A DNA stretch of 64,000 nucleotides from Candidatus Gottesmanbacteria bacterium UBA5942 (GTDB lineage Bacteria; Patescibacteriota; Microgenomatia; UBA10105; UBA927): the NCBI GenBank assembly GCA_002430725.1, contig DJCU01000008.1, positions 393 to 64,392 on the forward strand, written 5' to 3'. Numbering within the stretch: position 1 is the first letter of the stretch; the number at the start of each line of letters is the position of its first letter. This document shows, piece after piece, positions 1 to 12,000 of this stretch. The notes below the pieces were generated by a model. That model was not told the origin of the DNA and did no database searches. It saw nothing but the letters and a program-made list of their open reading frames with translations. Both the position numbers and the translations under genes were made by a program.

Positions 1-2
1 TT

Positions 3-3000
3 AGATATGCGATAGAGTTTTCTAATCTTCCGTATGTCAGTCTTACGGATGCAAAAAAAGACGTACTTACACTCGAGCAGAAATATCCAGGACAGCCAAT
101 GGTAAGTCGTGAATATGTACTGCGCAATAAAGATACAGCTGGAAAGCGGCCATATAGGGTTGTCACCGTTCCGTTTGATGTGTATGTCAATGACATATAT
201 TTGGCGAATAAAGTATCTGCAGGTATTACCGATCTTGAAATAGATATATTCCAGTTGGGTGTGGGGCGGTTATTCGTTCCAATATCTGAAATATCAGGTA
301 CACAACTAGCGGATTACGCCAGATACCTAGAGTACGCAAGAAATCCGACTGCGTGGAGATTCATGATTGAGCAAATGTGGAAAAAAGATGTGTTTGATAT
401 CCGCAGTAGCACCAGGCAAGTTGTTGAATTTACCCGTTCATTGAACGTAAAAAATGTTGGTCCATTGTTGGGTAGAGCGTGGAAGCAAACTAGCGCTGGT
501 ATTACTGCTGCAAGTAGCCGCATTTCACAGCGATTTAATACATTAGGAATTCGTATCCTTCCATTGCCCCGAGTGCAGGTTGTCGACAGCATCGGAACGA
601 ATGGAAGAACTGTGCAGTCATCAGTACGCTTTGATAAAGGTGCGCAGGACGCTTTGGTGGCTGACTTGCAGAGAACATATCAAACAGAATTTGGATTTAT
701 TGAGTCGGTAGAAAAGGCTCGAATTCAGAGCGCAGAGGTTACTACAGACTCGCTTATAAACAGTGTTATAGTTGAAGCAAGAACGGTGATGGCCTCGGGA
801 ACGAGTAAAGAAATTGAAGAGTTGGCTCTTCATACAGTGATAGCATTTGAGCGGCTGCTATCAGACAAAAAACAAATATCTTCATTTACTGATGCACAAC
901 TGTTGGCTATACGAAAAGCGATATTTAGCAAATCTATTGCAATAGAATTACCGACTGGCACAGGAAAAACATATGCCACCGCATGTGTCGCGCTCATTCG
1001 TGCGCTTATGGGGCAACCGGTGTTGGTTAGTTCAGCTAATGCTGATTTGGCACAGCGAGATTTAGCAGATGTTGGCGAGTTATTTAGACCGTTCCGCATA
1101 TCTTCAGGGTTCGCAGCAAAGGGAAAGTCATTAAATCCATCAATTCGTATTACGTACGGTAAACTTTCTGACATTGTGGCAGCATCGGGACGAGCACTTC
1201 GGACAGGTGTCGACATAGATATTAATGCATATACGTTGTTGCCTGATGAAGGAGATAAAAGTTTGTTGCAGGAAGCGTTAACTCCTATTGTTGAAGTAGA
1301 AGCGGCACAGGGTGAAAGTGCTGGCCTTACATCTGAAGAGGAGCTATTGATTGTAACAATGGCGCGCAACACACAGCAAATGGTTACTGAAGGAGGGTAT
1401 GTAATACCGGACGAACAACAAGAAATACTTTCTTTACTAACACCAGAAGCGAACGAAAAATTAGATACATACAAACCTGATGCAATGTCCGAAGAGAAGT
1501 TTATTGAGTACAAGGAGTTTGCGAGGCGCGCCGCGTTTATGCGAGAAGGAAAAGATTATCTTTATGATCAATATACCGGTGAGATCACATTACTCGATAA
1601 CGAGCAGTTGGCCGATCTCGATAAGAAATTCCAGTCGGGTATCCAGTGGGCGTTGGAGGCAAAACATGGGAGAACGTCAGGGTTTAGCGTTGTTAACGAT
1701 GAAGTGCGGGACAAACACACCACAATGGCATTTGTTCGTCAGGTTGGAAGCGTTATCGTGTTTACGGGAACTGCTTATGAAGAAATTGATGAATTAGAAA
1801 CATATTACGATTTAGAATACGCATCGATTCCACAACCGCTTTGGATATCTATCGCTAGACAACCTCAGGGTACTGATAGGCTGCGTTTAGTTGAGTATTT
1901 TGATCAGGCCAGCGGTATATGGCTTAACGCGATTATAGAAAATCAACAAGGTCAGTGGGTGATTATAGAAAAAGACAGAATTGATTACGAACCTCGATTG
2001 TTCGTTACTGAAGATGCTAAGTTGCATGCCATCCAATCAGACGCAGAGGTTTTGCGAAATTCTGGTCGTGCAGTTCTAGTTGCTTCACAAAATGAAGCGA
2101 GCATGGATAATATTGCATCACTTATTCCTAATGCAATCTCGATTTCTGAGCGTGAACGAGACGAAAAGCGTCAGAATATAGAAATCTCAGGGCACTCCGG
2201 AAATGTAGCAATCGGAAGCGCAAATATTGGAAGAGGTGTTAATTTCCAGCCGGACGAGCAAGTGCAACAAGCTGGCGGTTTTTACGAGATGATCACGGGC
2301 ATCATGAAGCCAAGCACACTTTCTCAGGTGCGCGGTCGTGTAGCGAGGTTGTCTCCGGTGAGGCAAGGCGCATATCAAGCAAGAGCGTGGGGAGCTACGA
2401 GACAATATTTATCTCTCTCGGACATTGCGTCTATATTAGGCTCTACAGATGCGCGAGTGAGAGAACTTGCATATCCTTCTGGTGAAATTACGAAAAACGA
2501 TCCCCGCTATCCAAAGATGGTGAAGCTGATTAGAGAGGCGGAATTAAAGATACAAGAACGTGAAAAGGTTGCGAGAGCTGCACAATTTTATGCAGATCAT
2601 GCTACAGATGAGATTGGTCATGTGCAAAGGCATTTGGCTTTATCAGGATTTGGTGCCGCAAGGCAAACTATTGATTGGTTACTGCGCAGGATAGCTCATG
2701 AAACAAATAGTGCTCTCAAGAAATCATATTTACATAGTGCTGAAGAAGTGTGGAAGCAATATCTAGCAGAGCTAGAAGTGCTAAAGACTACTGCATGGGC
2801 AGGTGCTCAAAGCGAAAAGATTGATCCGGAAATATATTACCAACGAGAATCTTCAACGCTCCTTCGGAATATGATTGCTGTTCTTGCTGATGTTGTTCCT
2901 GCAACAGTTATTGCCCCAACAATACCTATTTTGTCTGATGACGTATGCATGGGTAGTAAAGCAAACTGTGTGGTTGAGGCGGTTATTACTGAGCGGGTAA

Positions 3001-6000
3001 TAGACGCAATCCAGTCGAATAATATGACAGATACAGAAAAAATACAGGCACTGCAGGCATATAAACTTACTGAAAGAGATTTACCGGCACATCAGCTTGC
3101 TATTCATGATGCAACTATAGCGATAGCGTTGGCAGAGTTAGATGTGGCACAGGGTGCAAGCGCAAGAAGTGCGATAAATAGAGCGTTACAATCGCTCAAT
3201 GCGCGTCTTCAAGCACGTCCTGCTCCAGACGATGCAGCTTTGTTAGAGCGAACCAGGGAGGTACTTGAACAAATAAGAGGCGCGATGCCAGAAGGATCAT
3301 CACTTATGGACAGAGTGCGCGATTGGATGCCTGCACCAACAACTATTTTGCAAAGTAACCCAATCCTTGCTCAATTTGCAAAGTACTTTACGTTCGGTTC
3401 AAACATAATCGATACAGACGTAACCACTGTTTCATCGATTCAAGCTGAAGTTACTCTTGTCGCCACAACCCGCGCTGAAGCAGATCGGTATCGGAGCACA
3501 CTCAAGGCTACATACCCACGTTTCCTTCTCGAAACATTACCAACGGGTGACGACAATCAGTTTTTCTTTGTACGGAATGCATCGGGGGAGACAGTTGGAT
3601 TTATCGTTTACCAGACAGCAAATGAAGTGGTTGAGCTTCGTAACCTCATTATCGATCCTCAGTATCAGAACCAGTCGTATGGCACGAATGTGCTTGCTGT
3701 TCTTAAAGAACAATTTAATGAAATTCGATTAACCCCTGTTCCTCATTATGTCGCTGAAGGGGTTGAAGTAGACGATGCGTATGACGCGCTTGTTCGATTT
3801 TATGAACGGGCAGGGTTTATCAAGCAGACGGTGATTGAAAACAGATTTGAGGTAGAAAAATATGTGTGGCGATCTCCATCGGTTCAACGGTTAACAGATA
3901 TGCGTCCGGCTACGGGACGTGAGCGGGTACTGGATGGTGCGCGGGCACTGGAGAGGACATATAGCCCACTCACAAGATCCGCGAAACAAGCCGTACGAAG
4001 TGCTGCAACTTGGATAAATGATCGTATGTGTGGAGGTGCCGCATTTAGATTTATTCGTCCGGTGTTTGCACAGCTAGGTTCTCCGTCTGGAAACACCTCC
4101 TGTCCTGCGGGAAGCGTGGTGAATACGATAGCACCAGTGGCTGAAGCAGCGATGGATGCTCCGGTGGTAACCATGATGAATGCATTAGGTTTTGAAGAAC
4201 CAATTGCACAAATTCCGACTACTCGAGGAGTTGGTTTCTTTACTAGGACCATGCGTTATCAGGGGAGCATTGCTTCAGAGGAAAGTGTGTTCGGGGTCAT
4301 CATGGAAAAGACAATCGATGGTGTGCCCACCGGGAAATGGATATTGAATGTAATGGCAACTGATGAGCTGAGTCTGCCGCCAGTGAATGGCGAAAAAACA
4401 AAAGCGCTTGATGCGTGGTATTTGACTGATGGCTCTGAGTTTCGCGTAGGAACAAATGAGTATAGAGTGCGGGTAATCGATGGCATGTTGTATGTGTATC
4501 ACACCAATCCGCGAAATCCTCAAGGGGCTGAAGGGGATGCGATGGTGGTCGTAGCTGATCTCTATGGTATAAATCCGTTTGTCGAGTTAGCAGATCGCCC
4601 AGTCGCGAGGGACTGGTTCGAAGGGTTTGTAAAAAACAGAGTTATAGATGCTGGATTAGCGCGTATCCTTCCTGTGCCAGTTATTTCTGATGATATTAAG
4701 ATTGGCGAAAATCAAAACACTAATGTCGTTTCTCCAGGGAGACGCGAAGAAATTGTTGCGTCATTACGGAGAACTCGCGATCCGCTTCAAGTATTATCCT
4801 CTTTCTTGTTTATCCGCATGGTGAAAGCTGGATATCACATTTTGATTGCTGATATCGATAGTCTTTATCGGGCAAATCAAACCGGTGTTACCCCATACGG
4901 AGTAACAGGCGACATACTGCTTCATGATATTGCTGAGGCGTTGGGCGAGCTTAATCGTGAGTTTGGAATAGATATAGAGCTTCGGGTTGCAGGAGATACG
5001 TTTGCGTTAGTTTCCAAAGAACCGTTGCCTTCTGATATGGCTGATCGGGTGAAAAACCGTATACAGCAGGTGCGCGGTTTATATGGCGGACGGGGAGACA
5101 TCATTTCGTATGAGCCGGCACGCGTAAAAGTGTTAAGCACTCGCGGAGATGAGTGGATAGGTTTTTCAGAGCGTGATCCAAGCATACCCCATACGGTCAG
5201 AAGAGAGCGATTAGTGCGAATACATCCGGAAGTCGGCATGTTTTTTGACGAACTCGATGCATCATCCGTTTCTCAAGGTCAAAAAGAAGCGTACTTACAA
5301 TTTATTGAAGAAGCGTTGCTCGATCCTGTGCTCTTTACGGGAGCGCAAGACGCGGGGGTAGAGTCGTTTGTCCACCGGAATGACTATTTGGATCATTTAG
5401 TGCCTCACATGATAGACACGTTTGGAAAATCTGAATCGGATGGGAAAAATGCATATCTGGTGCGCATCAGTGTATCTGGTGTTCTTAAGCTCCTCAACGA
5501 TCGGTTTGGTGATGCCGCTGGTAATGTGTTTATCCGACACCTTTTTGATCGAATTATCGCGGTGAATAAACAGTTAGAGGTAGGTGATCTTGCGTGGTAT
5601 GACTTGTATCGGAAAGGCGGGGATTTTGAGTTGACGATAGTAGGAGATGAAGCGCAGGCGCAAGCGCTGATAAACGCGTTGACACAGGCACTCGCGGGGA
5701 CATATACCGAAGGTGGTCACGTGTATAATTTGCAGCCAACAGTCGTTTCTAAAATTATTGATATGCAAACGATAGACGGGCAAACAGTGGTTGATAAAGC
5801 GGAGCTTGAAGCAAGGTTTGGTGCTGTCGAAAGTGATTTGGCGCAGGCGGAATGGTATGAAACCGTCAGAAGGCAAACAAATCTCATGTTTGTCGATGAC
5901 AGCGAGCTTCAAACTGCGCTTTCATACTATGATCCATACGATAAGCGAGGTGCGGTGAGATTGTGGAAGTTGGGTTTGGTAGAAGATGCGGATGTAGAAG

Positions 6001-9000
6001 TGTTCAAACAGATGTACGTTGATCCTGCGAGTCAGAAACGATGGTATTCCGGTCTGTTTGAATGGGTGTATTGGAAATTACCTCCCGGATTTCGTTCGCG
6101 ATTTGCGAGTACGCTAATGCCTGCTCGTGAGCGGATACGTGCTGGTATGCTGCCTCGTGCAAAGGCGTTTCTTACCGATTATCTTGTACGATATGTCGCG
6201 GGATATGATCGCTCTGACAGTGTGTTAATCGCAGACCGTGCAGAGCACACCATGCTTAATTTCCGTTTGGAATTAGAGCGTTTGGTTGCCGAAGGGGAAG
6301 CGTTACAGCGCACGATCACCCCGTCAACGGATGATGTAATAATGCGCGCAATTCAGAGTGAAATTACGGAAATTTCTCGACAAATAGATGCGCATATTCG
6401 GACTATTTTCACTGACTTTACGGATGAACAGCTCCGTCAGTACAAGATTGACCGGAATATCCAACAACGTTTGATGGGCCCCGCAAGCGGAACGCTGGTA
6501 ACACCGCCTACTAACCAACAATTCAATGTTCGGGGCACACTGAGAAATCCTGCCGCCGCCGATGCAAAGCGGGTGCTTGTCGATGAGTTGGGAGTGCTTA
6601 CGGAGGAGCAGTTACGGGAAAGGACGCAAAAGTTGGTTACTGTGTCGCCCCTGACAATCATCAAAGACTCTATGTTTCCGAGCCAGGAAAATAGAAATAC
6701 GTATATGAAGTCATTAGGCGTGACCCGTTTGAGCGCGTTTGGAGAAGTGATATTTCGGCTGGTAAATCTGTATTCAGGACTGTTTGAACGAGGACACTTT
6801 GATGATCGTACCGGCCAACAGTATGTCGTGCCGATGACGGGATTGTCAGCACTCTTTATAGCAGCAGGTGTATATGTATTGCTTCATTTAGCTGCGCCTC
6901 CATTGGCAATAGTTACTGCAATTGCCGGAGTGTTGATGTTTATATTGCCCGCATGGCAGCTTATAACGTTTCCAAATGCTTATTATCATGAGCTCACCCA
7001 TGCGCTGAATATAACGCAGGATAAGCAGTTCGTTTCATATTCAGAATCTCAGGGTTCAGATCTCGCGAACGAAATATTTACCGATTACTTTACTCGAAGG
7101 GTGACGGAACAGTCGCAAACATTTTTTGGGAAAATAGCGCACTTGAGCTATCGAATGTTTGGAAATAACTACGGAGGTAAAATGTCATGGATACCGTTAC
7201 TTTTGGATGAGTTGGACAAAGGGGAAGTGCCTGGCACGGCAGAGCGTATGTTGGCACATTCATATTTTGCGAAACCGGGCGCTGAAAATGATTTTCAAGA
7301 ATTACTCCAAAGAAAATTGGGCAATGAACGCGCAGCGAATGTAATTGCCGCCATAAAGACAGTCTATGATGCTGGCTCAATGTCAAAGGATGATTTGTTA
7401 AAAACGAATGCTATTAAAAATATTTTAGAGACGCGCGTGCAGCAAGGAAATGAGGTAGAAGCGACCGCATATTTACAGGAGCTCGAAGCGCTCGTGGCTC
7501 GGGGAGAAGCCCTTCGCACAAGTATTTTGCCCTCCATGACCTCGGAAGGGAGAGTGCCTATCGAGGAGGAAATAGCAGAAATCAGTCGTCAGATAGATAC
7601 GCTTATACGAGGCGCAAATCCAGCATTTGATGATGTGGCACTTCGTCAGTACAAGATTGACCGGAATATCCAACAGCGCTTGATGGGCCCCGCAAGCGGG
7701 ATGCTTATGGCACCAGCTACTCCGTTGGTAGATCAATATGTGGCAACACCAGTAAATAGCGTTGGAGTGGCAAAAGCGAAAGCGAGCAAAGCCGGCCTCA
7801 TGCATAACGGGGTGCGGCAACTGGCTGATGGATCGACTATGACGATAGGAGGACAGGACGTCATTATCAGAAGCACCCGAACTGCAGTGATTGTGGATGG
7901 AGTGTCCAATAGTATACGGAATGATCAGGGTGAGAATTATTTTGATCAGGAGGTGCAGGATGAAGCAATGGTGCGTGCGCTAGCCGTTTATGGAGCTGTA
8001 CTTCGGGCATTTGATGAACTTGATTTAGATGGTGCTGATCCATCAAATAGGGTTGGCGACATTGTCACACTGATAGAAAGGCATCTTTCAACTATTGTTC
8101 CCGCGTCATCGCCCACAAATAGACCAGCACAAACGACTATCAGCGTGCACCACGCGGTGCAAACACCAACAGGGTGGAAAATAGTGAGCTTCCGTATTGG
8201 CGATCAAAGTGTATTTACTGTTTCACCGGAAGAAATTGGAGAAGTGTCACCGCCAAATAATTTTCATACTGCATTAAACGAGATGAGTGGGGCAGAAGTG
8301 CAGTTAGTTGACGTGCTTGAGGCTTGGAAAGCGTTGCCGCTGGAGATGAAGCGTTTATATCAGACGAGAACGACAAATTTGCCTCAGATGATCGAAGAAG
8401 GATACGCTGGAACTGTAGATATTTCAGCAATTCCTGTTGGTGGATTTGTGATTGTTGGCTCAGATGCGTTGCGGTCGCTTTTTGCTGATCGTCCTTCACT
8501 CGTGGGTGCATTACATAGTGAACTTAAAGGAGTGATAAGTGCACAGGAAGCAGAATCTCGCATCGTGGCATTTCTTGATCGGTATAGTAATTTATATGAC
8601 CAGATAGATGATGACGTGTCGTTTATCGTTTTTGCGCAAACGCCAGAAGGCGTGTTGGATAACGGTGTTTCCATAGCGGCTTCACCGAGAACGCTTGAGA
8701 CCTCTGTAGGCATTACGTCAGAACGCCCAGTGTTAGGAGAAGTGAAAGTAGACGGATTAACACTCGGATACTTTTCAGTAACGGATACACAGGCATATTT
8801 AACTGGCAATACCATCCCAATTTGGGTCAATAATAAGCGATATGATCCACATACGGAAACGCACGCTGGTATGGCATCTATAGAGGTGGGCGATACAGTG
8901 ACCTTTGTTCCCAAGACAACCAAAAATGTCATTTTATATGTTGTCGATGTTGACACACAGGGGCACATGATCCTTCGACACGCCAATCAGCGACCGGGTA

Positions 9001-12000
9001 AAAACGGAGATAATATCGACTTTTCTACTGAATCTCTTCGGGTTGTTCCCGCAGGATCGCGGTATAATTACGAACGGGCATTTGCGGCATGGAATGTGAC
9101 GAGTAACGAAGATAAAACTGCATTTCTTACTGCAGTGGCAACGCTTATCGATACGTTGCCAGAAAAAACAATATTTCCTGATGGAGACGACCAGATTTTC
9201 CGTGTCACAGGGTCGATAAATAGGACATTTGCGCAATTGGAGTTTGATGGGGTAATGAGAGAGATCCTTTCTCAGTTGCGCCCGGGAGAATCGGTAAGCC
9301 TTCGCGTGATACACCCCGATGGTGTTGTCATTGGTGATACCGCTATTGTGAAAGAGTCGGTAGACGTGGAACTTGGCACTATTACGCTTCGTGATGATGG
9401 GATAGCTGAGTTTCAAATGGGTAAAATAAAGCGATTGTCATCGCGGTTCCGAACAGAAAATGTGGCGGTGCCTGAAGCGTTGTCGTATAGCCCTGAACAA
9501 GTATTAGCGGTCATGATAGCGGCATTAGTAAAGCCCAGTTGTTATGTTGATGTAGGCGTACAACACAAAGTATATGCACAGTCGAAAAACCCCGAAACTG
9601 TAGGGAGCGTATGTCTCCTTGCTGCCCGCTCACTCATGAGTGCGGTGCGAAGCGCGGAACGTGGGCAATTTTGGCGTTCTATGCAGCAGTGGTGGCATGA
9701 ACAGCAAGTGATGTGGAATGTACTCCTTGGGAGACAGCGTGAACCGGTTTCGTTTCAAGATACATTAGATGTAGAACCAGCCATTGAATTGGAGGCAACG
9801 AGCGAAGCGCGCGAAGCAGTTATACGACTTTCAGAAATAACCGAGACCACGAGAGATGCTGAATTTATGGACATAATAAATCTTCCCGAGCTCTCGGTGC
9901 GAGATGCATTTCGTAGGCAGTTCGATACCGATATGACTGCATTTTTAGGATATATGTGGTTGTACGGACAACAAGAAGGAATGCTTACTGCCATAGAGAA
10001 ACAGACTGCCACTATCAATTTTCTCACTATGCTTCGTGATAGATATTCAGTCACATTACAGGCAGCACAACCATTCTTTTATCGTGAGTTAACTGAGGGT
10101 CATGAGCAGGATGCAAATCCTGCAGATTTTCTCATTTCCGATGCATTAGTAACGCTTATTGCAAGTAGTCCGACCGCGAGAGATGTGTATGCTGTGTGGC
10201 AAGAAATGGCGAAGGACACAAATCAGGACGTGCGATCACTTCAAGAAAATGAATGGCTCGTGCCGCATCCGTTTGATGACGGAAAAGAAATTCGTGTAAC
10301 ACACGAAGAAACATACGTGGAAGTGACGAATGGCGATGCTGTAGTACGACTTCCTATCGATAATACATATCATCCTTCGATACAAGAAGTTGCAGATAGT
10401 GTTGATGTGCTTGAGCCCGGTATTCGTGTATCGCTGCATACAGATGGTACTGCTGCTCTATTTGTGATGGCATATCAACACAGCATCGTTTGGGATGATG
10501 AGTATGAAATTAGATTTTCTACTGATAGACGGGGAAATTTGTATAAGAAAGGGGCAAAGCAAGCAGGCAAAATTACGGTATGGCCCAGATATACCGAAGA
10601 GTTTGCTGAGATTATCACCCCACCGCTTGCATTTGACGTGGCACATATAAACGGGACATATTTTGTGCAGAAAATGCCTAGCATTCGATTACACGAGGGT
10701 TTCGAGGTGATGAAACCAGATGGATCTCTGTATTCATTACAGGTGGGGGATGAAGTAAGTGAGATGGGTGTTTCGGATACGTATACGATCACCGATGCGC
10801 CCTTTGATTGGAAAGCGATAGGTGATGCTAACAAGTGGGTGTCGATATATGTAAGCCCGTTACGAGAAAGGGGTTTTGAGGGTCGTATTTGGGTAGATGC
10901 GGCAAATCCGGTGATACGTCATGTATCTAGCCCTGTCGATCCGTCCACAGAAAATATGAGTAGTGTGGTGCAGTCGATCCGCATACGTATTCCGGCAATT
11001 GTGGAGAAAAATAAAGCAATATCCCAAGCGCAAGCGACAACCACTACAGATGCGCTGAATAATGTCACACAAGCCATAACCGGAGTGTTTACGAATCCAG
11101 ATTGTTATGCCATGAGGAGTGAATACGTAGCGTACGCTGCCGAGACGACCCGCGATGGTACGTGTCCCACATGGGGAAAGTCGCCACGAAGGGTAGTGCG
11201 CGGCATGAGAAACAGAAGTGAACGGGAGCGGATGGATGCCGATGCTCGCAGTTATGTGCGGATGCTCATATTAGCAGTGCCTCCGATCGGATTTCTTGTA
11301 GACGGGGCGATTAAGGCAGGAATTTGGTATGTAACCGCTCCGCCTCCGCCACCAGTGACTCCACAGTGTACCTTGGGTTCATGTGCGGTGAATGGGCTGT
11401 GTCCCGCGGGTCAACAATGTAGCGCAACCGGTTGTTGTACACAGCTTTCTGCGTACGAAGATTTTGTTTGCTCGGTGGATAAACAGTATCTGTTGAAGCG
11501 CACCATGATAGCACCAGGTGGGTTTTCAATCGATATAAATGCGTCATTTAGATGTCTTGATGGGTGTGTCAATAATGATTGTGCGCAAAAAGCACAGATG
11601 ACGTTCCCTGAGCAGTGTACTGACGCGATGAAAAGGACACCGCTTCTTTATGGATTTGATAGTAATTATGGCGCTATGAATTCATGTCTTGCCATAGATG
11701 ATCTTGCGACCATGTCGTATTATCGTGAGTTTACTTGTAGTACAGATGGCTTGTCGGTCATAGAGCGTGCGACTGGAAATGTCGTGCGGACGTGCTTAGG
11801 CAACCAAACATGCAAACAATCTGGGGATATTGCTGATTGTTTGGGTCCGGTGGGGTACGTGCGACCGCAAAACGCAATTATCGATATGGTCTGTCAGGGA
11901 AATGACGTGTATTTGTTTGACTCTGATACACAGACATTTACCCAACACGTTGCCTCCTGTCCAGTGCGTGGTTGCCAGCAGGGCGCATGTATTGCATATG

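Noticed and set aside
885-2895. Housekeeping secA gene
   Set aside because: It is in frame within a >4200-aa ORF with no stop on either side, and it is far more divergent than a normal SecA, so no gene symbol was assigned.
6435-7699. DGR template/variable repeat pair or CRISPR repeats
   Set aside because: Only two copies, both coding, with two synonymous mismatches (one not at adenine). No reverse transcriptase, cas gene or spacer array in the window.
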